DNA of 64,000 nucleotides from an uncultured Gammaproteobacteria bacterium. Its GTDB lineage: Bacteria > Pseudomonadota > Gammaproteobacteria > CAWCPV01. Of the stretch, positions 52,401 to 62,044 are shown piece after piece; positions within the stretch are counted from its first letter, which is position 1; every line of letters starts with the position of its first letter. The translations under genes were made by a program, and so were the position numbers. A model generated the notes under the pieces. That model saw only the letters and a program-made list of their open reading frames with translations, searched no databases and was not told where the DNA came from. The stretch covers positions 192,001-256,000 of the forward strand of contig CAWCPV010000009.1 in assembly GCA_963797555.1 (NCBI GenBank), written 5' to 3'.

Positions 52401-52782
52401 TGCGCGGGGGAATCCCAGAGGTCCCACCGCGCAGGGCGACAACCAGGGGTCTATCCCCGCGTGCGCGGGGGAATCGGCGATCTGTAGAGCCCTGCCAGTC
52501 GAGCTTATCGGGTCTATCCCCGCGTGCGCGGGGGAATCCGAATCTGCTGACGGTCGGGCCAATCTCAACAGGGTCTATCCCCGCGTGCGCGGGGGAATCC
52601 GGAAGCGCCCGGCGGCAAAGCTGGTACGCAAAGGTCTATCCCCGCGTGCGCGGGGGAATCAATATGCGCACCGCACTGACGATATCCGCTGAGGGTCTAT
52701 CCCCGCGTGCGCGGGGGAATCTCGCTCAACAGGTCCTTGCCGTCCACGTAGACAGGTCTATCCCCGCGTGCGCGGGGGAATC
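49459..52782 (-). CRISPR. Type I-E CRISPR array, 55 repeats and 54 spacers
   Basis: Invariant 28-bp repeat GGTCTATCCCCGCGTGCGCGGGGGAATC on +, period mostly 61 bp; crRNA sense inferred as the minus strand. Confidence 0.99.
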
Positions 52783-52832
52783 CCTTGTGATCAAGCCGTT
52801 GAAAAATACCACATTGTTAAAGAACAGTCGAT
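52783..52832 (-). promoter_or_regulatory. CRISPR leader with IHF-like site
   Basis: AT-rich segment between cas2 and the first repeat; GATCAAGCCGTTG (52789-52801) resembles WATCAANNNNTTR. Confidence 0.6.
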
Positions 52833-53129
52833 TCAAGCCGGTCTTCGGCTGAGGACCATACCGTCTAGTTCCACGAGTTCAACCGGCGGCACGCCCAACA
52901 CTCGCACGGTCTGCCCGCCGGGTATTTGGGGATCGGCCCATGCCATCACCACGGAAGCCTCATGCTCTGCAAGGAACCAGTCCCCTAGGACCTCCCAGAT
53001 CCGCTCGCGCACCGCCGGTGAGATGCGGGGCGCGCTGTATACCCCTGGTCCCAGCTCCAGCATGGACGAGGCCAGGAATCCGCGCACCCGGTCACTCACG
53101 TTTCGTGTCACCACTACCGTCATCGACAC
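52833..53129 (-). CDS. cas2: Type I-E Cas2
   Basis: TVVVTRNV..RVRGFL...ELGPGVY...VELDGM. Confidence 0.93.
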   Translation of the reverse strand: MSMTVVVTRNVSDRVRGFLASSMLELGPGVYSAPRISPAVRERIWEVLGDWFLAEHEASVVMAWADPQIPGGQTVRVLGVPPVELVELDGMVLSRRPA

Positions 53130-53991
53130 CGAGTAGGTCCTTAATGCGATCGATCATCTTCGGGATGAGTTGCTGCTTATGAAAGATTCGGCCGGCTTCC
53201 TTGCGTAGCTCTCGCTCCAGGTGCAGGCTGGGCTCACTTATCGCTCGTTTGGCGACGCGGAAGGCGAGTGGCAAGGTGATCTCGGCGCGGTAGAGATCGG
53301 CGATGTCAAGCGTGAATGCGTTGCTGGAGTCCTCATGGATGAAGCCCAGCGGCGGTAGCGCCCCCACAGCCGCCACCGCAACGTCGGCGGCGGCTTCGAC
53401 GAAGGTCGAGGCATGGTTGATCGCTTGGTTGGGGATGTCGGCTGCGGTCGGACTCTGGCGGTCGTAATGCCGGCCTTCCCACTTCACCCCGAACTGGTCC
53501 GCCACCAGCCGGTAGGTCTCCTTGATGCGCGCCCCTTCGATTCCACGCAGCACACTGATGTCCTTGTGCGGTAGCAGCCGGCCGAAGCGCCAGGCGTATA
53601 TGCGCCGGGCGGCATCCAGGCGGGCTGTCTCATCGGCCCACAGCCGCGCATGCTCGCGCGCGACCTCGGATCGGCCCTGACCCATAGGCGGGGCGGAGTA
53701 GAACTTGACGCCGTCCTCGCCTACTGCTGCGAGCAGGGTACCGTGGCGGGCAAGCAGGCGCAGCACGTCGTGGCTGACTGTCGAGCCGGGTCCCAACAGG
53801 ATAATGGAAACACTCTGATAGGGAATGGCGTAGTCCCCGGCCTTGAGATGCTCGGACTCGGCGGCACAGAAATGCAGGGTTCCGTCCTGCACATATAGAT
53901 TGCCGCGCGCTAGCCACAGCAGGCCGTGGCGGTCCGCGTGGGGGATGCGAGCTTCGGCCAGTCCCAGGCGACCGGACAGGAAGCTGCTCAT
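53092..53991 (-). CDS. cas1: Type I-E Cas1
   Basis: LLGPGSTVSH, LRGIEGAR, LGFIH and DIADLY motifs. Confidence 0.95.
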   Translation of the reverse strand: MSSFLSGRLGLAEARIPHADRHGLLWLARGNLYVQDGTLHFCAAESEHLKAGDYAIPYQSVSIILLGPGSTVSHDVLRLLARHGTLLAAVGEDGVKFYSAPPMGQGRSEVAREHARLWADETARLDAARRIYAWRFGRLLPHKDISVLRGIEGARIKETYRLVADQFGVKWEGRHYDRQSPTAADIPNQAINHASTFVEAAADVAVAAVGALPPLGFIHEDSSNAFTLDIADLYRAEITLPLAFRVAKRAISEPSLHLERELRKEAGRIFHKQQLIPKMIDRIKDLLGVDDGSGDTKRE

Positions 53992-54737
53992 CCGACCGGC
54001 CGAAGCAGCAGCATGCCGTAGCCGAAGGAGCGGTGACGGCCGAGCCCGCGCGCCAAGCAAGCACCGAATGCAGGACCGTCCCGCACTTCCAGTACCCCGG
54101 CGATCAATGCCTGTGGACGCGTAATGCGGGAGACGGCACGGCGCACGGCGGTCTCGGTGCGCTGGGTGCGGCGCAGCATCTTGACCAGCCTAAAGCCGCT
54201 GAGATGGGCGGACTCCAGCCGCGCCGCCGCTCCCAATTGTTGGGACAACCAGCCGGCATAGACCGCCGCGCGTTCCAGCGCCTTCGCCTCAGCGCCCCCG
54301 TGTTCAATCTTCCGCAGGAATGCATCCTTCTCGCGGTCTTCCTGGCGGGTGACCGGGCAGGCGAGCACTTCGAATCCCAGGCGCCGGCCCGAACGCCACA
54401 GGCCGGGCATGGCCTTGGCGCGGGCGAGGTCGGCGAGGTCGCATACACCCAGGGTGCGCGGATCGGCGAAGCTGGCGGCATGCTCCTGCAGGGCGGCCGG
54501 GGAGTGAGAGGTATAGCTCAGCAACCGCAGGCCCCCGGCCCGATCCCGTCCCAATCCAACAGGGTCGAGCAGCCGGAACGGTTTGGGCGCGAGCGCGCCG
54601 AACACCGTCGCAAGCCACGCATGGGCGGCGTATCCCAGATCCTCGTCGCGCGCCTGGTTGAGACCACGTTCCTGGGCGAAGCGGATGAGCTCCGCAGCGC
54701 GCAGTCGCAGCTCGATCATATGCAGCGCCTGGCTCAT
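53988..54737 (-). CDS. cas6e: Cas6e/Cse3
   Basis: C-terminal GLGRHRSFGYGML glycine loop; operon position. Confidence 0.92.
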   Translation of the reverse strand: MSQALHMIELRLRAAELIRFAQERGLNQARDEDLGYAAHAWLATVFGALAPKPFRLLDPVGLGRDRAGGLRLLSYTSHSPAALQEHAASFADPRTLGVCDLADLARAKAMPGLWRSGRRLGFEVLACPVTRQEDREKDAFLRKIEHGGAEAKALERAAVYAGWLSQQLGAAARLESAHLSGFRLVKMLRRTQRTETAVRRAVSRITRPQALIAGVLEVRDGPAFGACLARGLGRHRSFGYGMLLLRPVG

Positions 54738-55456
54738 GTCTGGGCCTCCAGCAGACCCTCGATGCGGATGCGCCGGCCGCCGTGGATCTGATTGCGCCAG
54801 TCGCGCCTGTCGTATACCGGAACTCGCCGTGCCTGAGTGCCGAGACCCAGGCGCTCAGGCCAGCAGGCAGACATGGGCCGAGTGCCATCGGTGCCGGGCC
54901 GCCGGGCGCGCGGTGCGCCCTTCAATGCCTGTAGCACATCCTCCGCCTCCAGCAGGTCCAGCACCAGGGGCGCGGCAGGCAGACAGCTCTTGCGTCCCAG
55001 GAACAGCGGCCGGGCGGGCTCACGCAGAGCCTGTGCGAGCTGCGCCGTGGCGGGAACAGCGCTCCCGGTCAGGGCCATGGCCAGGGTCATCACCCCGTTG
55101 GCGAGGTAGTGGCGGTAGCGCTGGTGGGTGCCGAGCCGCGCAGCATCACCGCCCTCGCGCCATTCCGGCCGGCCGCGGGTGGTCCAGCCGGGCTCGCACA
55201 TCTTGGGTTGGCCCAGGTCAACGGTGTGGTAATCGACGATGGCTTCGGGCTCGATGTCCCAGCGCGCGGCATACTCGATGCGCTCCTGCAGCGCCGTCAG
55301 GGCCTCGGCATCGCCGTGGCGGTAGCCGAGCGCGTTACCGAGCAGCCCGGCGAGCCACGATAGACCTGGAAAGCGGTCGGTGACGTTGTGATGATCGACG
55401 ATCACCCCGCCGAAGCTCATCAGCGGGGCGTCAAGCCGCAGTCTAAGCACGTCCAT
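54734..55456 (-). CDS. cas5e: Cas5e/CasD
   Basis: LRLDAPLMSFG, GLLGNALG and LFLGRKSC motifs. Confidence 0.93.
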   Translation of the reverse strand: MDVLRLRLDAPLMSFGGVIVDHHNVTDRFPGLSWLAGLLGNALGYRHGDAEALTALQERIEYAARWDIEPEAIVDYHTVDLGQPKMCEPGWTTRGRPEWREGGDAARLGTHQRYRHYLANGVMTLAMALTGSAVPATAQLAQALREPARPLFLGRKSCLPAAPLVLDLLEAEDVLQALKGAPRARRPGTDGTRPMSACWPERLGLGTQARRVPVYDRRDWRNQIHGGRRIRIEGLLEAQT

Positions 55457-56606
55457 CGCTGGACTCTCCGAACACGGCCGCGAGCGCCCGCTTGGTCGCC
55501 TCGTCCAGGCTCGCAGCGGCGTCGCCCTTCAAGCCGTCCAGCGCCTTGACCGAGGCGACGGCGCGGTGCTCGGCGGTGCGGCCGTACATTCCATCAATCG
55601 CGGCGAGATGGCCGCTCAGTGCGTTCACCGCCCCTTGCATGACATCGCCTTGAGCGGGCAAAGCCTTGAGGTAGGCGTTGGCGAGGCTGCGCGGCTGCTG
55701 CTTGCCGGCCTCCAGCAAGACGAAGTCGGCGTAAGCATAAGGCGCGGTGGAGCCGAGCTTGGCCCCGGGCGAGACGGTGGCGATGGTGCGCACCAGGCTG
55801 CACAGCACATCGCGGGCTTCGTGCAGGTCCTGCTTGGCCCATGCCTTCGGATTGCAGCCGGTAAGATTGGAGATCAAGAGTGGTACATCCACCGCCACAT
55901 AGCCGTAGTACACTCCTGCGCCCAGCTCCATGTCGCCGGCATGGGCGGCACCCGTCTCTTCGTCCCGGTTGAGGTCATCGACCACGGTGAAGTAATCCAT
56001 CTCGGTGTGCAGGGCGTGCACCGTGAAGGCATGGGCGACGTGCACGCTGGCATCGGAGCGCGCGAGGATGTCGGAGGTGACGAAACGGCCGAACAAGGCG
56101 CCTTCGAGGCCCGCATAGAGATTGCCGTGACCGGCAGCGCGCAGCATGGCCTTGAAGTTGGCCTTGTCGGTCTTGAGCCGCTCCAGCAGCAGCTTCTCGG
56201 CCTCGGTACCGGCCGCGGCGCACTCCTGAAGCAGCGCGACCAGGTAATCCGCCTCGGGCCGGCCGAACAGCACCGGCTGCTTGAGGGCAAGCGGGCTCTT
56301 GTCGTCCTGGCCGCCGTCGATGAGCTTGCCGATCATGGTTGCCACCAGCTTGCGCGCCAGGGCCTCGTCCATGCCCTGCTTGATGAGCCGCGGCAGGACC
56401 TCGCGGGCGAAAAACTGGCGCGAGCGTATCCCGTCGGGGAGCTTCATGGTCTGTTGCAGGGTCTCGCGCCAGTGGCGCTTCAGGCACTGCGAGGACACCC
56501 GCAGGCGGGTGGCATCGCCGAAGGGGATGCGCTTGGCGAGTCCGGCATCGTCGCGGTTCAGCAGGCTCGCCGGGTAGGAGGTCAGGGTATGGATCTGTAG
56601 GAACAT
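55443..56606 (-). CDS. cas7e: Cas7/CasC
   Basis: LNRDDAG, RVSSQCLKR, ALFGR and DYFTVVDD motifs. Confidence 0.95.
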   Translation of the reverse strand: MFLQIHTLTSYPASLLNRDDAGLAKRIPFGDATRLRVSSQCLKRHWRETLQQTMKLPDGIRSRQFFAREVLPRLIKQGMDEALARKLVATMIGKLIDGGQDDKSPLALKQPVLFGRPEADYLVALLQECAAAGTEAEKLLLERLKTDKANFKAMLRAAGHGNLYAGLEGALFGRFVTSDILARSDASVHVAHAFTVHALHTEMDYFTVVDDLNRDEETGAAHAGDMELGAGVYYGYVAVDVPLLISNLTGCNPKAWAKQDLHEARDVLCSLVRTIATVSPGAKLGSTAPYAYADFVLLEAGKQQPRSLANAYLKALPAQGDVMQGAVNALSGHLAAIDGMYGRTAEHRAVASVKALDGLKGDAAASLDEATKRALAAVFGESSDGRA

Positions 56607-56609
56607 GGC

Positions 56610-57125
56610 TCAATCCTTCGGCTGATGGCGGTAGTAGTCACGGGCCAAGCGTAGATGCACGTCCTCGCGCTTGGCGGGGTCCTCGGTGAGCAGCAGGCGG
56701 GCGAAGTCGGCCCAGTTGACCGCCTCGCCCTTGGCTGCCAGAAAGCGTGCGGCGCGCAAGACCAAGGTTTGGAGGACCTCGCCCTCGGCGTCGAGCAGCC
56801 GCTGCAGGCGCGCCTCCGAATAGCGCACCTCGGCTAGCGCCTGACCGACCGGACGATCGGGACGGTGAGGGCTCGGGCACATCAGCGCGATACCGGCGCA
56901 GATCGTCATCCAGACCCCCTTCCTGGCCGGCCAGCCGTCCTCCAGATGCCGGAACGCGAAGCGGTAGAAGGCGAGCGGGGGCTCAACCCCTGGGGTAAGC
57001 CGTTTGAGCGCAGCCCGGTCGCCCGTGGGGAAATCTTCGCTCGCGATGATCGCGGCCAGACGGCCGATAGTCCTGGGCAGCGGCTCGCGCTCGGTAGCGG
57101 GTACTTCAGCCGGTGCTGTGCTCAT
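56610..57125 (-). CDS. casB: Cse2/CasB (Cas11)
   Basis: GDRAALKR, SEARLQRLL, NWADFA and ARDYY motifs. Confidence 0.9.
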   Translation of the reverse strand: MSTAPAEVPATEREPLPRTIGRLAAIIASEDFPTGDRAALKRLTPGVEPPLAFYRFAFRHLEDGWPARKGVWMTICAGIALMCPSPHRPDRPVGQALAEVRYSEARLQRLLDAEGEVLQTLVLRAARFLAAKGEAVNWADFARLLLTEDPAKREDVHLRLARDYYRHQPKD

Positions 57126-58677
57126 GGGGCGCCTCCTTCAGCATGGGAAAGACAGTGAACAGGCAGCCGTGAAACAGGCCCTCGGCCTGAACCCGCGCCC
57201 GGTAGTGGCGACCGCTGCGCTCCGGGGAGCGGGCCACAGCCTCCTGCAAGGCCGTCCACGCCATACCGCGTAACGCGTCCAACCACTCCCGACGCGCCGT
57301 GTTGGGATCGGGATGCTCGACGCTGCGCCACAACCAGGGGAAGAAACCGCGGTTCCAGGCTTCGGCAAAGCGCTTGGCGGCCCGCTCCACCCAGGCGCCC
57401 ACCTCGCGCTTGTCGAAGTTGATGGACTCCGGGCCGCCCTCCAGCAAGGAGAATAGGGCAGGCTTCAACACCTTTTGCAGTATCAGGCCGGCGTCCTGGA
57501 TGCCGGTCTTGCTGAGTGCCGCCAGGCGGTCGCGCTCGGGACCGCGGCGGAACAGGCGCGGGGCGACCTGGGACGGGATGGGCAGGGCAACGGAGTGGAA
57601 GCCGTCGGTGGTCCCCTGGCCGCGCACCAAGACGGAAGCGCAGAAGGTGCAGGGCTCGGCCTCACGGCCCGCATCCGGCTGTTGCATCGCGGCGGGCTGG
57701 AAACCCTCCTCAAAAATTAGGTTGCGCAACAGCTCAGGAGTCAGACCTGCCGATGATACTGTCAATGCTGAGCTGCCCTTTTTCCGATCATTCATATTGA
57801 TGGGAATCCACGGGTCCCCAAGAATCCCGTTCTGGTCCTTCGCGTTAATGCGGGGCGCTTTTTCCGTTGATGTGCGGGCCACGATTCGCCCGTCTTGCAT
57901 CACACAGCGTACAGCGCGGCATATTTCGAGAAAAAAGGGGTCGAGCACGTCAAGCGATAAGCTTTTCTGCCGATCCCAGGCCGAGAGCCATGTCAACACA
58001 ACGCCGTCCGGCCGATACGGCCATGGACGAACAAGCAACCCAGAGCGGATACCGAGCAGTTTGCGGGTATCGCGGAGCCAGCGTTCCCCTGGCCGACTCC
58101 CGTATATCAGGCTCACACAGGGCCGGCTGCCGAGGCCACTATTCATTCTGGCAATACCCTGATGCTTGAGGATATAGCCAGCCATTGTCTGCAGGCTGAT
58201 GAGCGCATAGATCCATTCGTCCGGTCTAGCATCAATGGCCCTTGCAGCTTTTATGTCGTGGCTCCGTCCGGTCAGCAGCAGGTCCAAGGCGTCAGGCGTG
58301 AGCTTCACTATAGAGAACTCGCTCTCGAACGAGCCTGGCCGCAGCAGCGGCGCCTGCATGAATGCAGGCTGCGTCACGTCCTCCACCACCAACGTCCAAG
58401 CGCAATCGTCCGCGCGCCCGGTAAGCCGCCGAATTCCGTTGCGCCAAAATTCTTCGTCCTGAATCGGCTCGCTGCATCCCTCGCGCGCCAGCACCGCCCC
58501 GGCCAGGTAACAGAGGAAGATGTGGAAGGCATCCTCCTGGTGGCGCTGCAGCCCAGCTAGGGATTCCACCCGATCGGTTCCCAGGGCGGTCAGTAGTTGC
58601 GGCAGGCTCATGCGCTCCAGGCCGTCGCGGGTCTGGACGCGGAATACGGGGTCACACAGCAGATTCATCGCATTCAT
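57106..58677 (-). CDS. casA: Cse1/CasA (Cas8e)
   Basis: NLLCDP, PAFMQ, GDPW and RGQGTTDGFH motifs; lies between cas3 and casB. Confidence 0.88.
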   Translation of the reverse strand: MNAMNLLCDPVFRVQTRDGLERMSLPQLLTALGTDRVESLAGLQRHQEDAFHIFLCYLAGAVLAREGCSEPIQDEEFWRNGIRRLTGRADDCAWTLVVEDVTQPAFMQAPLLRPGSFESEFSIVKLTPDALDLLLTGRSHDIKAARAIDARPDEWIYALISLQTMAGYILKHQGIARMNSGLGSRPCVSLIYGSRPGERWLRDTRKLLGIRSGLLVRPWPYRPDGVVLTWLSAWDRQKSLSLDVLDPFFLEICRAVRCVMQDGRIVARTSTEKAPRINAKDQNGILGDPWIPINMNDRKKGSSALTVSSAGLTPELLRNLIFEEGFQPAAMQQPDAGREAEPCTFCASVLVRGQGTTDGFHSVALPIPSQVAPRLFRRGPERDRLAALSKTGIQDAGLILQKVLKPALFSLLEGGPESINFDKREVGAWVERAAKRFAEAWNRGFFPWLWRSVEHPDPNTARREWLDALRGMAWTALQEAVARSPERSGRHYRARVQAEGLFHGCLFTVFPMLKEAPHEHSTG

Positions 58678-61321
58678 CGAGTCGCTCCAGGCCGAGCCGG
58701 GAATAACCATAGAGGAAGGGGCCGAAGCGGAAGCGGATAGCTTGTGGTCCACGGTCGATTACGGTGGCCGCATCTCCAGCGTCGTCCTCGGGCGCAAGAA
58801 AGCCCGGGATTACCAGTTCCTCCAGCGACTGACCGAAGGGGCTGTGCACCGCCTCGGACAGGCGTATCCGGCGGTCACCGAGACCCAGGCGGGTACGAGC
58901 CTCGGCGCTGAGTTCTTTGAAGTCGAAGCTGCCGAAGGACTTGGCATAGTGCTCGGCGAGCGCGGCATACTGGGCGCGAACCTCCTGCGCCAAGTGCTCC
59001 CCCGAAACCTTTTGGCCATGCCGCTGCCAGCGCTCGCCATTCAACATCGCCAGCCGCTCGGGGTGCGTGGCGCCTTCGACCAGACGGCGGTTGTCGCGCG
59101 GGATGAGGACATCCGGCGCTGCAGCGAACAGCTCGGCGGTGAGCCGCAGCACGCGCAGGTCGGTATAGACCCGGCCGAGTCCGGCGATGCCCCGGACCGC
59201 ACCATCGGCGCGCAACAGGGACTCCAGCGTGGGATCGGGGTGAGTGAGCAGCACGCAGCGCGCGAGCGCGTAGCCCCATGGGCGCACCCGTGGGTGGCGG
59301 TGCAGGCGCCCGATGCGCTGCAGCAGCATGTCCACCGGGCAAAGGTCGGTGATGAGCAGATCGGCGTCGATGTCCAGGCTCTGCTCCAGGGTCTGGGTGC
59401 CTATCAACAGCACCGGCCCCGGCTCAGAGCCCTTGCCGAAGCGGGCGCTGACTGCGGCATCGAGCAACTCCCGGTCCACCGGGGCATAGCGGCCGTGGTG
59501 CGGGGTGGCGATGCCCGCGCAGCGGAACAGCGCGGCCGCGGGAATTTCCGGTGCGGCCTCGGCAGCGCGCTGCAAGGCGATGGCCCGGCCGACGGTGTTC
59601 AGCACCACCAGCACCCGTGTACCGGCTTGCAAGGCCGCTGCGATCTCGGGCAGCAGGCGCTCGGGCCGTAGTAGTTCGGGGCGCGGCTCGACCCGCACCG
59701 CCTTCTGCCCGACGGTCTCTGTGCAGGTGGCGCTATCTCCCGGAGCGGCCGTATCGGGCTCAGCGGCCTGCGGCACGCCGCTGCGATCGGTCCAGGCTGG
59801 ATAGGGTGCGGCGCAGGCGGCGGCGAGGTCCGGCACCTGCGCGTGCTCTGATGCGGCGGCGAGCAGTTCGGCCCGGGCGACCGCTCCCAGGGTCGCCGAC
59901 AGCAGCAGGGCGTGCCCGCCCAAGCTCAAATGATGGTCCAGCAGGTGCTTGAGCAGCCGGCGCATATAGGGGTCGCTGGCGTGGACCTCGTCCACTATCA
60001 GCAAGTGGCGGTCAAGGCAGACCGAACGCAGGTGAGCGTGGGGCGTCTGCAGCGCGCTGAGCAGCGCTTGATCGATGGTGCCGACCGCGACCGTGGCAGC
60101 CAGAAAGCGCTTCGGCCGTTCCGCCGCCCAGGCGCGCTCGCGCCGACGCTGGGCCTCGGCGTCATCCCAGCGCACCGTGGCATCGGGGAGCACGATGCGG
60201 GCATCCACGCCATCCACGCGGGCATAGCCGGGCGCGGCCAGCAGCACCATGGGACGCGCGGCCGGATCGGGGAAGGCGCCCTCGACATAGCTCAGCACCC
60301 GCCCATACAGCTCTCGCGCCGCGACCCGTGTCGGCAGCGCGAAGTACAGCCCGTCCACCGCACCGGCCGCGAACAGGGTGAAGAACCGCGCCAGTGCCGC
60401 CTCGGTCTTGCCTGATCCAGTCTCAGCCTCGGCGATGAGGAGACGATGGGCGTCCGCAGACCCGGCCGGCAGCTCGGCCAGGATGCGCTGCAGGGGCCGT
60501 GGTCCAAAGCCGAACAGGGCACTGAAATTGGGCGCGCGATAGGCGAGATCCGCCTGAAAGGCCCGCACGTCCAGTCCCACCGTTTTCAGCATCTCGACTG
60601 CTGCCCGATCGGCGAAGGCGGCGCGATCCTCTGCACCCACGCTGTAGGGAAAGAAGCCCTCGTGCGAGCCAAGCCAGTCGGCCAGCATTACCAGCCCGGC
60701 GTAACGGTGCTGCAGGGCGGGCATGATGGGAATGGGTGCCTCGCCGGGCTCGAAGGCGCGCGGGAAGGCACGGCGCGCGGCACCGAGCAGCTCACCGATG
60801 CAGCGGATCGGATCGCGCCGGCCGTCGGGGCGCCACCAGCGGGTCTTGGCGAGATGATAACTGCCGGTCTTGATGCTGTCGTCGAACCGGATCGGAGAGC
60901 CGTGATGGGAGAGCGCGGCGATGAGGAAGTATCCAAATCCATCCGGGACCGCGAACCAGCCGCAGAGAGTATCCACGTCAAGCGCGTCGCAAAGCTGGCG
61001 CTTCAGATCCTCCTCAAAGAACAGCGCGGCCGTCTCCTGGATGTGGCCCGCCTTGGGGGCATCCGGGCGTAGGACCTTATCTTGGAACCCCAGGTTGGCC
61101 TTCCCGAGGTCATGGAGAAGGGCGATAACCGCCAGTCGGTCGATCTGCACGTCGCTCAGTCGCGCACCCGCCGCTGCATCCAAGCGTCGGCGGATGAGCG
61201 GAAGGTGGCAGAGAGCACGAAAGCTGAAGGCTACATCCAGGCAATGACTGGCCAACGGGAGCCATGACAGAATCTCCCCGGTTTCCCGGTTCATCTTGAC
61301 TTTGCCCCAGACCCCGAGCAC
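58652..61321 (-). CDS. cas3: Cas3 HD nuclease-helicase
   Basis: HCLDV, LHDLGK, ADWLGS, ETGSGKTE, DEVH, SAT and QRIGRLHR motifs. Confidence 0.96.
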   Translation of the reverse strand: MLGVWGKVKMNRETGEILSWLPLASHCLDVAFSFRALCHLPLIRRRLDAAAGARLSDVQIDRLAVIALLHDLGKANLGFQDKVLRPDAPKAGHIQETAALFFEEDLKRQLCDALDVDTLCGWFAVPDGFGYFLIAALSHHGSPIRFDDSIKTGSYHLAKTRWWRPDGRRDPIRCIGELLGAARRAFPRAFEPGEAPIPIMPALQHRYAGLVMLADWLGSHEGFFPYSVGAEDRAAFADRAAVEMLKTVGLDVRAFQADLAYRAPNFSALFGFGPRPLQRILAELPAGSADAHRLLIAEAETGSGKTEAALARFFTLFAAGAVDGLYFALPTRVAARELYGRVLSYVEGAFPDPAARPMVLLAAPGYARVDGVDARIVLPDATVRWDDAEAQRRRERAWAAERPKRFLAATVAVGTIDQALLSALQTPHAHLRSVCLDRHLLIVDEVHASDPYMRRLLKHLLDHHLSLGGHALLLSATLGAVARAELLAAASEHAQVPDLAAACAAPYPAWTDRSGVPQAAEPDTAAPGDSATCTETVGQKAVRVEPRPELLRPERLLPEIAAALQAGTRVLVVLNTVGRAIALQRAAEAAPEIPAAALFRCAGIATPHHGRYAPVDRELLDAAVSARFGKGSEPGPVLLIGTQTLEQSLDIDADLLITDLCPVDMLLQRIGRLHRHPRVRPWGYALARCVLLTHPDPTLESLLRADGAVRGIAGLGRVYTDLRVLRLTAELFAAAPDVLIPRDNRRLVEGATHPERLAMLNGERWQRHGQKVSGEHLAQEVRAQYAALAEHYAKSFGSFDFKELSAEARTRLGLGDRRIRLSEAVHSPFGQSLEELVIPGFLAPEDDAGDAATVIDRGPQAIRFRFGPFLYGYSRLGLERLDECDESAV

Positions 61322-61410
61322 TTATCGTCCCCCCCCGTTGAAGCTCAGTGCCCACCGCTGGTGGGCGTGTGCGAGCCGCAATGTTGCAATCGTTCACTCG
61401 TTTTTATTGA

Positions 61411-61454
61411 TGGACCGCGCTGAAATCGAACCAGCGACACGCGGATCTCAGGTC
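61411..61454 (-). other. Degenerate tRNA 3'-half (tRNA-Phe-like), probable att remnant
   Basis: Minus strand ...ATCCGCGTGTCGCTGGTTCGATTTCAGCGCGGTCCA gives a T-arm and a CCA-like end, with no 5' half. Confidence 0.5.
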
Positions 61455-62044
61455 AGCGCGTGTGTTCTTTCACGTGTGCGTGCTCAATGGCGAGCAAGTC
61501 AATCCGGTCGCGCCATACCACTCTGCGGAGGCCGGTGGTACCCCTCACGACGTTGCCACGGCATTTGCGCCGGGGGTTTGCTTTCTGCTCACGGGTCTAC
61601 CATAGGTCTACCGTGGCAAGAGACTTTTCCGTTAAAAGCTATTAAGTCTTTGATTTTTTGGTCAGGGACTCACTCACATTGTTCGCCGCAAGGCTTGTGA
61701 TTGCTACATGTAGGCTGTGCTGTTTTAAGCAGATACCGTCATAAGTACCGTCATGCCACTGCGGTTGCTGCCCGTTCGGCGGTTCATCTTAGCGCTCGGG
61801 TCTCAGCCTTTTTCCCGGCTTCCGGCTTTGGGGGACAAGCGCCGCGATCAGGACCTTTGACGGTCGTGCCGCGCCGCCGCGCCAGCTCATAGGCCGCGGT
61901 GGCTACTGCATGAGGTCCGCACTCCCGTAGATTTGACGACATTGCTTGCCGGAGAACACCTTGCTGGTGCGCCTCCCAATTTCGGAGCGGCTCCCCGCAG
62001 CCGGGTCGGACTGTCCCCCAAGATTGTGCGAAGGCCGCATGCCA

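Noticed and set aside
49487-52754. Self-targeting spacers within this window
   Set aside because: No match noticed by eye, including to terS; an alignment is needed to exclude it
49382-52852. Long ORFs with repeating VYPRVRGG/GLSPRARGN/SIPACAGES
   Set aside because: Translations of the CRISPR repeats, not proteins
61411-61454. Functional tRNA gene
   Set aside because: Only a degenerate 3' half; no D-arm or matching acceptor stem
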